A DNA stretch of 51,982 nt, from the NCBI GenBank assembly GCA_016875315.1, contig VGRQ01000001.1, positions 1 through 51,982 of the forward strand. The letters run 5' to 3'. The notes beneath the pieces were generated by a model. The model searched no databases, was not told the DNA's origin, and was given only the letters and a program-made list of their open reading frames with translations. Shown in pieces: positions 35,508 through 43,741 of this stretch. The position numbers were made by a program, and so were the translations under genes. Source of the stretch: Deltaproteobacteria bacterium (GTDB taxonomy: Bacteria; Myxococcota_A; UBA796; SXON01). The first letter of the stretch is position 1; every line of letters starts with the position of its first letter.

Positions 35508-36397
35508 GCGAAAGCCGCCCCGGCCCAGAGCGAGCCGAAGTCGAGCAACATCGCCAGCGAGGCGGCCAGCTCCACCCTTTTCTGCGGCATCCCCGCCCGG
35601 GTGAGGAAACGACCGAGCAAGGCGCCCACGAGCGCGGGGATGGCGTAGCGCCAGTCCCGGGTGAACGAGGTCAGCGCGCCCACGGTGAGCACCCCCGACA
35701 CGGCAACCAGCGCATAGACCATCGTCCCCGCTCGCTCGCGGCCATGCACCGACGAGTAGCTCTCGACGCCCGGCACCTCCTCGGCGGGCAGGCGCGTCTT
35801 GCGGGCGATCTCGAAGGCCAGGCTCGTGGTGGAGGCCAGCCAGATGAACCAGTTGAACCGGTCGTCCCAGCGACCGTGGGTGGTGGCCCAGGTGAACACC
35901 GCGAGCAACGCCACCACCGGGTTGTGGGTAATGGCGTAGACGAGGATGTGCTTGTTGAGCCAGCGGCCCACGCCGAACTCGAAACGCATGGCCACGGTGA
36001 ACGCGAAGACCGCCGCCCACCAGATGAGCACGTCGCGTCCGCCGAGCGCCGCCAGCACCACCTCGGCGGCGATGGCGACCGCGCCCCAGGCCTTGAGCAT
36101 ACGCAACGTGACGACGCCCCGGGACAGCAATCGCTCGGGATGGGAGATCCTGTCCTTCTCGTGGTCCTTGTGCTCGTCGAACACCCGCAGGTGGAAGAAG
36201 ACCAGCAGGATGACCGGCGCCAGCCACCAGGTGGGCGTGCCGCGGCACACCCGGTGCGCGAAGACCGCCCCCGCGCCATAGAAGCTCGCGACGAGCAGCG
36301 CGTAGGGCCCGGGCGGGAAGCGCTCCTTGAGGTAGGCGAGGAAGACCACGCCGCCGTCTATGCCGCCCCGGCGGCGGGGGCTTAGACGCCGCGCCAT
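35504..36397 (-). CDS. UbiA-superfamily-like integral membrane prenyltransferase
   Basis: About 297 aa from the ATG at 36397 (an alternative GTG at 36349 gives VVFLAYLKERF...). About 8 TM helices. Asp-rich loop RVFDEHKDHEKDRISHPERLLSRG resembles the first D-rich motif followed by the R-P/L-x-x-G of UbiA-type enzymes. I did not find a clear second DxxxD motif. Confidence 0.5.
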   Translation of the reverse strand: MARRLSPRRRGGIDGGVVFLAYLKERFPPGPYALLVASFYGAGAVFAHRVCRGTPTWWLAPVILLVFFHLRVFDEHKDHEKDRISHPERLLSRGVVTLRMLKAWGAVAIAAEVVLAALGGRDVLIWWAAVFAFTVAMRFEFGVGRWLNKHILVYAITHNPVVALLAVFTWATTHGRWDDRFNWFIWLASTTSLAFEIARKTRLPAEEVPGVESYSSVHGRERAGTMVYALVAVSGVLTVGALTSFTRDWRYAIPALVGALLGRFLTRAGMPQKRVELAASLAMLLDFGSLWAGAAFA

Positions 36398-37505
36398 GCC
36401 CGTGTTCATCCGCAGCACCGCCGAGCTCCGCCACTGGGTCGAGCGCCTCGCGAGTTGCCAGGTGCTCGCCGTCGACACCGAGTTCCACCCGGAGCGCAAG
36501 TACTTCCCCGAGCTGATGCTCGTGCAGCTGCGGGGCGACGAGGGCGAGGTGCTGCTCATCGATCCGCGCGGCGACGTCGACCTGCGACTGCTCAGCCCGC
36601 TGATCGAGTCGAAGGTGCTCCTGGTGCACGGCGGCGAGCAGGACGTCGACCTGCTCGCCCGCGCGACCGGCGGCCGCGCCACCCGGTGGTTCGACACCCA
36701 GGTCGCGGCCGGTTTCTGCGGCCTCGGCTACCCGCGCCGGCTCGGCGACCTCGTGCTGGCCGTGCTCGGTCGCGCGATGGACAAGGGCGAGACGCTCTCG
36801 GACTGGTCGCGTCGCCCGCTGAGCGCCGAGCAGCTGCGCTACGCGGCCGACGACGTGCTGGTCCTGGCTCCGCTGGCCACGGCGCTCCGGGAAAGGGTGG
36901 AGGCGATGGGACACGCGGCTGGCCTCGAGGCCTGCCTCGGAGAGCGACTGGCGGAGGCGCACGCGGCGCCGGCCGACGAGCTGGCCTGGCGCCGGGTGCC
37001 CAGCGCCCACCTGCTCGACGATCGCGAGCGCGCCATCGTCGCCGCGCTCGCGGCCTGGCGCGAGAAGTCCGCGCGCTTCTCCGACGTGCCCCCCCACTCC
37101 ATCGCCCCCGACCACGTCCTGGTCGACCTGGCCCGGCGCCGCCCGCAATCCGCCGAGGCGATGCGCGAGAATCGCCGCATGCCGTCGCAGGTGTGGAAGC
37201 AGCACGGGGCCACGATTCTCGGCATTCTCGCCGGAGCGGACCGGTTGCCGGTCCCGCTCGCGCCGATCACCGGCCTTGCCGCCGACGCCTTGCGCCTCGC
37301 GGCTCGCCTGGCGGAGGTGGAGGGAGGAGTTGCCGCGGCCCTCGTCCTGCAGGAACGTGAAGTAGACTACATTCTAAAAGGATTGCAGATCGCGCACTGG
37401 CGGCTCCAGGCATTGGGTGCGGCGTTTCTAGATTTTACCCGAGAAAGGACGGCTATTTCCGTGCGAGGAAAGTGGAGTCCAACAATAGCGATAGACGACA
37501 GATAG
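36396..37505 (+). CDS. rnd: ribonuclease D (DEDD 3'-5' exonuclease plus HRDC)
   Basis: ATG at 36396 within track ORF 36360..37505. VLAVDTEFHPERKYFPELMLVQL (Exo I), LVHGGEQDVDLL (Exo II), YAADDVLVL (Exo III), then an HRDC-like region PHSIAPDHVLVDLARRRPQS. The last ~145 nt are visibly AT-richer. Confidence 0.85.
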   Translation: MPVFIRSTAELRHWVERLASCQVLAVDTEFHPERKYFPELMLVQLRGDEGEVLLIDPRGDVDLRLLSPLIESKVLLVHGGEQDVDLLARATGGRATRWFDTQVAAGFCGLGYPRRLGDLVLAVLGRAMDKGETLSDWSRRPLSAEQLRYAADDVLVLAPLATALRERVEAMGHAAGLEACLGERLAEAHAAPADELAWRRVPSAHLLDDRERAIVAALAAWREKSARFSDVPPHSIAPDHVLVDLARRRPQSAEAMRENRRMPSQVWKQHGATILGILAGADRLPVPLAPITGLAADALRLAARLAEVEGGVAAALVLQEREVDYILKGLQIAHWRLQALGAAFLDFTRERTAISVRGKWSPTIAIDDR

Positions 37506-37536
37506 GGTTTTTTGTGTTTTTGACCCTGATTGATGG

Positions 37537-37564
37537 TTGCCTTGCCCGACGCCGAGCATATGAT
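37537..37564 (+). promoter_or_regulatory. sigma-70-like promoter candidate for flp / the tad operon
   Basis: TTGCCT (37537-37542), a 16-nt spacer, then TATGAT (37559-37564), about 50 nt upstream of the flp ATG. A GAGGAA Shine-Dalgarno sits at 37601-37606. It lies in the only AT-rich stretch of the window. A TTGACC at 37520-37525 is also present. Confidence 0.35.
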
Positions 37565-37612
37565 GGTGGTGCCCCCCAGGGCTCGGCTCTCTCTCACCGT
37601 GAGGAACACCCC

Positions 37613-37774
37613 ATGATCAAGCAGTTCATCAACGACGAAGCCGGCGCCACCGCAATCGAGTACGGCCTCATCGCCGGCCTCGTCTCGGTCGCCATCATCG
37701 TGGCGCTCACCGCGCTCGGCACCAGCCTCGACGACCTGTTCTCCACCATCAGCAGCACCATCAGCGGCGCCTAG
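37613..37774 (+). CDS. flp: Flp/Fap family type IVb pilin
   Basis: 53 aa: MIKQFINDEAG/ATAIEYGLIAGLVSVAIIVALTALGTSL... It has the canonical Flp motif, a G/XXXXEY processing site and a hydrophobic helix. It is in frame with track ORF 37472..37774. Confidence 0.9.
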   Translation: MIKQFINDEAGATAIEYGLIAGLVSVAIIVALTALGTSLDDLFSTISSTISGA

Positions 37775-37795
37775 AAACCGGGCCGCAGAATCACG

Positions 37796-37838
37796 CGGGC
37801 GGGGGGTCCACACGGGCGCCCCGCCCGTCGTGTTTGTT
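37796..37838 (+). terminator. rho-independent terminator / attenuator-like hairpin downstream of flp
   Basis: CGGGCGGGG (37796-37804) pairs with CCCCGCCCG (37819-37827). A 14-nt loop is followed by the T-rich tcgtgtttgtt (37828-37838). Confidence 0.5.
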
Positions 37839-37871
37839 AGCATAGCGGCGGCGCGCAGGGAGTAGCACACG

Positions 37872-38885
37872 ATGCAAAGACCGCAGTCCCCGGGACGTTC
37901 CCGAGCGGGCCTATTTCTCGTCGGCTCGCTGCTGTTGGCGGTGCTCGCGGCCGGGCTCGTCTTCCGCATCGTCAAGCGGAGCCAGGAGCAGCTCAACGAG
38001 GCGGCGAAGCCCAGCAATACCGTCGATGTCGTGGTCGCCCAGCGCGACCTCTACATGGGCCTGTCCATCGGCGACCAGGACGTGGTGCTGCGCCAGTTGC
38101 CCCTGGGCTCCGTGCCCGAGGAAGGCATCTTCAGCAGCCTCGACGACGTCGTGGGTCGCACCCCGAAGGAGCGCATCCTCGTCGACGAGCCCATCCGCGA
38201 CGAGCGACTCGCGCGCCCGGCGCAGGGCATTGGGCTCAACGCCGTGGTCACCCCCGGCAAGCGGGCGATGACGGTGGCCACCAACACCGAAGACGCAGTG
38301 GCGGGCTTGCTCCAGCCGGGCAACTACGTCGACATCATCGTCACCATCAAGCCTGAAGACCCGGCGGCCGCCAACGCCAAGTGGGCCACCGACACCATCC
38401 TGCAGACGATCAAGGTGCTGGCCGTGGGCGGCTCGCTCTCCCAGTCCGCGGCCGACCAGACGAAGACGGTCACCAGCGCGCCCGGCGAGGACGGGAAGAA
38501 GCGCACCACCACCACCGCGCAGCCGGGTAGCCAGCAAGACATGATGCGACGGATGAAGCCGAGCATCACCCTCGAGGTCACGCCCGAGGAGGCCGAGAAG
38601 CTCGCGCTGGCGGTTGCGCAGGGCGACATCCACGTTGTGCTCCGCAGCGACATCGACAACTTCCAGTACACCGACCACGGGCCCATCACCTCGCGCGCGC
38701 TCATCGGCTTCCCCGCCGGCCCGCCGTCGCCGATCGACCAGCCGAAGACCGACAAGCCGCCGTCGCAGCCCGAGAGTTCCGGCCCCTCGGCCACGGTGAT
38801 CGTGGGGAGCAGCCGCACCGACGTGAAGTTCAACGCCGACGGCACCAGCACCGAAACCACCGACAAGCGGAAGAAGAACCGATGA
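37872..38885 (+). CDS. cpaB: Flp pilus assembly protein CpaB/RcpC
   Basis: 337 aa. N-terminal TM LFLVGSLLLAVLAAGLVF, then a SAF-like VDVVVAQRDLYMGLSIGDQDVVLRQLP, and GKRAMTVATNTEDAVAGLLQPGNYVDIIVT. The C-terminus is a Pro/Ser-rich tail. Confidence 0.85.
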   Translation: MQRPQSPGRSRAGLFLVGSLLLAVLAAGLVFRIVKRSQEQLNEAAKPSNTVDVVVAQRDLYMGLSIGDQDVVLRQLPLGSVPEEGIFSSLDDVVGRTPKERILVDEPIRDERLARPAQGIGLNAVVTPGKRAMTVATNTEDAVAGLLQPGNYVDIIVTIKPEDPAAANAKWATDTILQTIKVLAVGGSLSQSAADQTKTVTSAPGEDGKKRTTTTAQPGSQQDMMRRMKPSITLEVTPEEAEKLALAVAQGDIHVVLRSDIDNFQYTDHGPITSRALIGFPAGPPSPIDQPKTDKPPSQPESSGPSATVIVGSSRTDVKFNADGTSTETTDKRKKNR

Positions 38886-40258
38886 ACCGATGGAATCTGG
38901 CCGCAGCCGTGGCTGCGGCCCTGCTGGTCAGCCCCTACTCCGCCCGCGCCGACGACGGCCTCGTCATCGACGTGGGCGTGGGCACCTCCACCATCGTGCG
39001 CGAGGGTCGCCCCATCACGCGGGTGCTGCTGAGCGACCCCGACGTGGCGGAGCTGCGGCTCCTGGAAGAGGGCCAGTACCAGGTGCGCGGCCTCGAAGTC
39101 GGCAACACCGACCTCTACGTCTGGTTCCGGGGCGACGAGGCGCGGCCCAAGTCCTACCGCGTGCTGGTCACCAACGACCTGAGCGACATGGAGCGTCGCA
39201 TCAGGGAAACCGTGCGCGGCGCCGAGCCGCCACGGGTGTACCCGCTGAGAGATCGCCTCTGCGTGGAGGGTCCCGTCCCCGACATGGACACGCTCGAGCG
39301 CATCGCGGCGATCGCGCGCGTCTACGATCCCGAGTTCATCAACCTGATGTCGGTGCAGGGCGACCACCAGGTGCAGCTCCAGGTGGTCTTCGCCGAGCTG
39401 AGCCGCACGGGGCTCCGGGAGATGGGGCTCAATCTCATCGGCAGCGCCGGCACCGCGCTCGGGGGCATCCAGGGCCCGCAGTCGAGCTCGGCCTTCGACG
39501 CATCGCTGTGGGATCCGGAGGCGATTCCCAACGTGAATTACGGCGCGGCGCAGGCGGCCTCGGCCGAGGCGTTCAGCGTCGTCGGCATGGTCACCGGCGC
39601 GGTGAACATCGCCAGCGTGCTCTCGGTGCTCGAGCAGTACAACCTCGCCAAGACCCTCGCCCAGCCCAACCTGGTGGCCTTGTCGGGCCAGCAGGCCGAG
39701 TCACTCGTGGGCGGCGAGATCCCCATCCCGGTGTCGCAGGTCGGCAACCGCATCACCATCGAGTACAAGGAATACGGGGTGAAGCTCATCTTCGTCCCGA
39801 CGGTGCTCGAGGGCGAGGTGGTCGACGTGCGGATGTACGTCGAGGTCAGCGGTGTCGACCCGAACACTTCGACCCGCCTCTCGGGTATCGAGATTCCCGG
39901 CATCGTATCGCGCAAGTACAAGTCACACGTGCGCGTGGAGAACGGCAAGACCTTCGCCATGGCCGGCATCCTCGACGAGCGCGTGGAGGCCACCCGCGCT
40001 GCCGTCCCGCTGCTGGGTGATCTCCCGGTGGTGGGCGCCCTCTTCCGCTACGTCAAGCACGAGCGCAAGGAGACGGAGCTCGTCGTGTTCGTCACGCCGC
40101 GGCTGGTGCGGCCGCTGGCACCGGGCGAGGTGCCGCCCGCGCCGGGCACCACCGAGGGCTACAATCCCAACGACTTCGAGCTGTTCATGATGGGACAGAT
40201 GGTCGAGGCCGGCACCCGCACCGCCCAGCCCACGGGCGCCTTCGGCATGAAGCGGTAG
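38882..40258 (+). CDS. cpaC: Tad secretin CpaC/RcpA
   Basis: The ATG overlaps the cpaB TGA (ATGA). Signal peptide, then a pilus-formation N-domain (RVLLSDPDVAELRLLEEGQYQVRGLEVGNTDLYVW). Secretin core: AKTLAQPNLVALSGQQAESLVGGEIPIP...VPLLGDLPVVGALFRY...ETELVVFVTPRLV. Confidence 0.9.
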   Translation: MNRWNLAAAVAAALLVSPYSARADDGLVIDVGVGTSTIVREGRPITRVLLSDPDVAELRLLEEGQYQVRGLEVGNTDLYVWFRGDEARPKSYRVLVTNDLSDMERRIRETVRGAEPPRVYPLRDRLCVEGPVPDMDTLERIAAIARVYDPEFINLMSVQGDHQVQLQVVFAELSRTGLREMGLNLIGSAGTALGGIQGPQSSSAFDASLWDPEAIPNVNYGAAQAASAEAFSVVGMVTGAVNIASVLSVLEQYNLAKTLAQPNLVALSGQQAESLVGGEIPIPVSQVGNRITIEYKEYGVKLIFVPTVLEGEVVDVRMYVEVSGVDPNTSTRLSGIEIPGIVSRKYKSHVRVENGKTFAMAGILDERVEATRAAVPLLGDLPVVGALFRYVKHERKETELVVFVTPRLVRPLAPGEVPPAPGTTEGYNPNDFELFMMGQMVEAGTRTAQPTGAFGMKR

Positions 40259-40264
40259 CGCACG

Positions 40265-41449
40265 ATGCGGCAGTCCACGCCCAGCACCGCCTCCAACGCC
40301 GCCACGGTCATCGTCGTCGGCGTCGATGCACGCGCCATGGGCCAGATCCGCGAGACGCTAGGCACCGAGGCGGTGCTGCCGGTGGCGCCGGTGCAGTACG
40401 AGGAGGCCATCCACGCGGTGCGAAAGCAGCGTCCCGACGTGGTGATCACCGGCTTCGACAGCGACTTCGAGGAGGCGGTGCGGCTCGCCCCGGCCATCCT
40501 CCAGGAGAGCTCGCGCACCCATCTCGTCGCGTTGTCCTCGGGCGCCGACCCGGATCGAATCCGCGCCGCCATGCGCGCGGGCTACCGGGAGTTCGTGGTC
40601 CTCCCCGCCGACGCCGAGCTGCTGCGCCAGGCCGTGCACGAGGCCACCTTCGCCGAGGAGAGCGACGACGAGTCGGGCGAGGTGGTGGCGCTCTGGGGCA
40701 GCAAGGGCGGCGTCGGAACCACCTTCCTCGCCGTCAACCTCGCCGGCGAGTTGAGCCCGGTACACCGCGTGGTGGCGGTCGACCTCGACTTCGCCATGGG
40801 CGACGTGGCGGCCTTCCTCGACGTGGCGGTGCCCCAGTCGATCGCCGACGTGTTCCGCAACATCAGCCGGCTCGACGAGCGCATGCTGTCGGGCAGCGTC
40901 GCCGTCCACGCCAGCAAGGTGCATGTGCTCGGCCAGCCGGTCGATCTCGAGCAACGGGAAGAGCCGCGGGGCGATCTCGTCATGCGCGTGCTCACGGCCG
41001 CCTCGCGCAGCTACCAGTACGTGATTGCCGACTGCGGGGCCTCCCTCGACGAGGCCAGCGTGACGGCCGCCACCGTGGCTGACCACATCATCATCGTCAC
41101 CACGCCCGACATCCCGTCGGTGAAGAATACGTGGCGCCGCCTGCAGTTCGTCGAGAAGCTCGGCCTGGAGCGCGAGTGCATCCGGCTGGTGGTGTCGCGG
41201 TGGGATCGCAAGACGGCCGCGTTGAGCCTCGACGACATCCAGCAGAACCTCGGCCGGAAGGTGGATGCGACGATCGTGGAGGACAAGCTCGCCATGCGGG
41301 CGGTCAACGAGGGGCGGCTGCTCCGCGAGATCGACCGGAAGTGCCAGGGCGCCCGCGACATCGAGGCGGCGGTCGGCCTGCTCACCGGCGAGGAAGTCCA
41401 GGCCGAGGCCCGTTCCAATAGCTTCATGTCACGCCTTTTTGGGCGCTGA
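40265..41449 (+). CDS. cpaE: TadZ/CpaE: atypical receiver domain plus MinD/ParA-like ATPase
   Basis: 394 aa. Pseudo-receiver N-domain (VIVVGVD...PDVVITGFDSD..., with the acceptor Asp position apparently not conserved). Deviant Walker A: VALWGSKGGVGTTFLAVNLA. Confidence 0.85.
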   Translation: MRQSTPSTASNAATVIVVGVDARAMGQIRETLGTEAVLPVAPVQYEEAIHAVRKQRPDVVITGFDSDFEEAVRLAPAILQESSRTHLVALSSGADPDRIRAAMRAGYREFVVLPADAELLRQAVHEATFAEESDDESGEVVALWGSKGGVGTTFLAVNLAGELSPVHRVVAVDLDFAMGDVAAFLDVAVPQSIADVFRNISRLDERMLSGSVAVHASKVHVLGQPVDLEQREEPRGDLVMRVLTAASRSYQYVIADCGASLDEASVTAATVADHIIIVTTPDIPSVKNTWRRLQFVEKLGLERECIRLVVSRWDRKTAALSLDDIQQNLGRKVDATIVEDKLAMRAVNEGRLLREIDRKCQGARDIEAAVGLLTGEEVQAEARSNSFMSRLFGR

Positions 41450-41457
41450 GGTGACCG

Positions 41458-42801
41458 TTGTCTTCTCGCCTCATTGACCGTGTCCGTGGCGCCCAGGCGC
41501 GGTTCCGCCAGGCCCCGGGCTCGACCAACCAGGAGGAGTACGAGCGCATCAAGCGCGCCCTGCACAACGAGATCATCGAGTCGCTGGACTTCGAGCAGGT
41601 GGGCTCCACGCCGCGCGACGAGCTCGCGGAAAAGCTGCGGGAGACCCTGACCATCGAGGTTGAAGGACGCGCGTTGCCGCTCAACCGCATGGAGCGGGAA
41701 CGGCTCGTCGAGGAGATCCTCGACGACATCCTCGGCCTCGGGCCGCTCGAGCCCTTGCTCAAAGACCCCGACGTGAGCGACATCCTCGTCAACGGTTTCG
41801 ACCAGGTGTGGGTGGAGAAGCGCGGCCTCTTGCAGCGCGTCGACGCGCGCTTCCACGACAATCGACACCTGATGCAGGTGATCGAGCGCATCGTGTCGGC
41901 GGTCGGCCGCCGTATCGACGAGACGAGCCCGATGGTCGATGCCCGACTGCTCGACGGCAGCCGCTTCAACGCCATCATCCCGCCGCTCTCGCTCGACGGC
42001 CCGGCGGTGTCGATCCGGCGTTTCGGCACGCGCCAGATCACCCACGAAGACCTCATCGCCTTCGGCTCTTGCCCCCGGCCGATGATGGAAGTGCTGCGCG
42101 GCGTGGTCCGGAGCAAGCTCAACACCATCATCTCGGGGGGCACCGGCTCGGGGAAGACGACCCTGCTGAACGTGCTCTCCGGCTTCATCCCCGATGGCGA
42201 GCGCATCATCACCATCGAGGACTCCGCAGAACTGCAACTCCAGCAAAACCACGTCGTCCGACTGGAAACGCGCCCGCCCAACGTGGAGGGGCGTGGCGAA
42301 GTGACACAGCGCGAGCTGGTGAAAAACTGCCTGCGCATGCGGCCCGATCGCATCATCCTCGGCGAGATCCGCGGCGGCGAGGCGATCGACATGCTCCAGG
42401 CGATGAACACCGGTCACGACGGCTCCCTGGCCACGATCCACGCCAACAGCACCCGCGACGCCGTGGCCCGCCTCGAGACGATGGTGGGCATGGGCATGCC
42501 CAACCTGTCCGACAAGAACATCCGCGAGATGATCGCGCGCGCGGTCGACGTGATCGTCCAGCTCGATCGCCTCAACGACGGCGCGCGGCGCGTGCTCGCC
42601 GTCACCGAGGTGATCGGCATGGAAGGCAACGTGGTGACGACGCAGGACATCTTCGTGTTCGACCAGCGCACCATCGACGAGGAGGGGCGCGTGCGCGGCG
42701 CCTTCCGCGCCACCGGCGTGCGTCCTCGCTTCGCGACACGTCTCGCGAAGTTCGGCATCGATCTCCATCCTGAACTATTCAGGTTTGAGCAGGATGTCTA
42801 G
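41458..42801 (+). CDS. cpaF: Tad secretion ATPase CpaF/TadA
   Basis: 447 aa with a TTG start at 41458. Walker A IISGGTGSGKTTLLN, Asp box and Walker B RPDRIILGEIRGGEA, His box NTGHDGSLATIHANS. Confidence 0.95.
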   Translation: MSSRLIDRVRGAQARFRQAPGSTNQEEYERIKRALHNEIIESLDFEQVGSTPRDELAEKLRETLTIEVEGRALPLNRMERERLVEEILDDILGLGPLEPLLKDPDVSDILVNGFDQVWVEKRGLLQRVDARFHDNRHLMQVIERIVSAVGRRIDETSPMVDARLLDGSRFNAIIPPLSLDGPAVSIRRFGTRQITHEDLIAFGSCPRPMMEVLRGVVRSKLNTIISGGTGSGKTTLLNVLSGFIPDGERIITIEDSAELQLQQNHVVRLETRPPNVEGRGEVTQRELVKNCLRMRPDRIILGEIRGGEAIDMLQAMNTGHDGSLATIHANSTRDAVARLETMVGMGMPNLSDKNIREMIARAVDVIVQLDRLNDGARRVLAVTEVIGMEGNVVTTQDIFVFDQRTIDEEGRVRGAFRATGVRPRFATRLAKFGIDLHPELFRFEQDV

Positions 42802-43741
42802 CACCGACAACGTCCTGCTCGCCATCGCGGTGGCGGTGGTCGTGGCCGCGATGATCCTCTTTGGCCAGTTCGCCTACTGGACGTGGATGTCGCGGCGCGA
42901 GGAGGAGCAGCGGGAGTTGGCGCGGCGCATCGGCAACGTGCAGGAGGCAGTCGCCTCGCCGCTCATCAAGTTCCAGGAAAAGCCCCGGGGGAGCGAGGGC
43001 CTGCTGCAGGCGGTGGAGGAGAACCTCCGCCAGGCGGGTAGCCCCTACCCCGTCGCGTCGCTGTACCAGCGCTGCGCGCTCGGTGGCCTCGTCGGCATGG
43101 CCGTGGCCTTCTTGCTCTTCCGCAACGGCCTCGCGGTCGTCGGTGCCGTGGGCGTCTTCGTCCCGTTGCTGATCCTCTCGCAGCAGGCCGAGGCGCGGAT
43201 GAACAAGCTCACCGAGCAGTTGCCCGACGGGCTCGACTTGCTCGCGCGATCCTTGCAGGCGGGGCACGGGATGGGCGAGAGCATGCGCCTGGTGGCCGAG
43301 GAGATGCCGGAACCCCTCGCCAGCGAGTTCGGGCGGGTGTTCGAGGAGCAGAATCTCGGTCGCGATACCCGCGAGTGCTTCCAGAACTTGTGTCGTCGTA
43401 ACCCCCGTAGCTTCGACCTTCGCATTTTCGTCAGCTCCGTGCTGCTGCAGCGCGACACCGGTGGCAACATCGTCGAGATCTTGCAGAGCATCGCCAACAC
43501 CATCCGCGGGCGATTCGTCTTCCAGGGCAAGGTGCAGGCGCTCACCTCGGAGGCGCGCTTCACCGCGTTCGTGCTCGGCGGCCTTCCCTTCGCCATCGGC
43601 ACGCTGATCACCGTCTTCTCCCCCGCCTACATCCGCCCGCTGTTCACCGACCCCTTCGGGCACCTGCTCCTCCTCGTGGGCGCCACGATGTTCGGCCTCG
43701 GCGTGTTCATCATGCGCGAGCTGGCGCAGGTCGACCTGTGA
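42794..43741 (+). CDS. tadB: TadB-like T2SS-F family platform protein
   Basis: The ATG at 42794 overlaps the cpaF end by 8 nt (a TTG at 42785 is an alternative). T2SSF domain: LPDGLDLLARSLQAGHGMGESMRLVAEEMPEPLASEF. TM helices lie at both ends. Confidence 0.85.
   Translation: MSSTDNVLLAIAVAVVVAAMILFGQFAYWTWMSRREEEQRELARRIGNVQEAVASPLIKFQEKPRGSEGLLQAVEENLRQAGSPYPVASLYQRCALGGLVGMAVAFLLFRNGLAVVGAVGVFVPLLILSQQAEARMNKLTEQLPDGLDLLARSLQAGHGMGESMRLVAEEMPEPLASEFGRVFEEQNLGRDTRECFQNLCRRNPRSFDLRIFVSSVLLQRDTGGNIVEILQSIANTIRGRFVFQGKVQALTSEARFTAFVLGGLPFAIGTLITVFSPAYIRPLFTDPFGHLLLLVGATMFGLGVFIMRELAQVDL

Noticed and set aside
33093-37205. 1370-aa minus-strand ORF
   Set aside because: This is a read-through artefact. 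The 3' 804 codons are the PEP-utilising enzyme. The region upstream of 35507 in this frame is low-complexity and overlaps the real UbiA-like frame and the antisense of rnd.
37367-38017. 216-aa minus-strand ORF across the AT-rich island and antisense to flp
   Set aside because: It is antisense to a canonical Flp pilin and to the promoter region. The translation is heterogeneous with no motif.
41011-42768. 585-aa minus-strand ORF antisense to cpaF/tadZ
   Set aside because: cpaF has perfect Walker and His-box motifs on the plus strand. The antisense product is Ala/Asp/His/Val/Gly-rich with no motifs.
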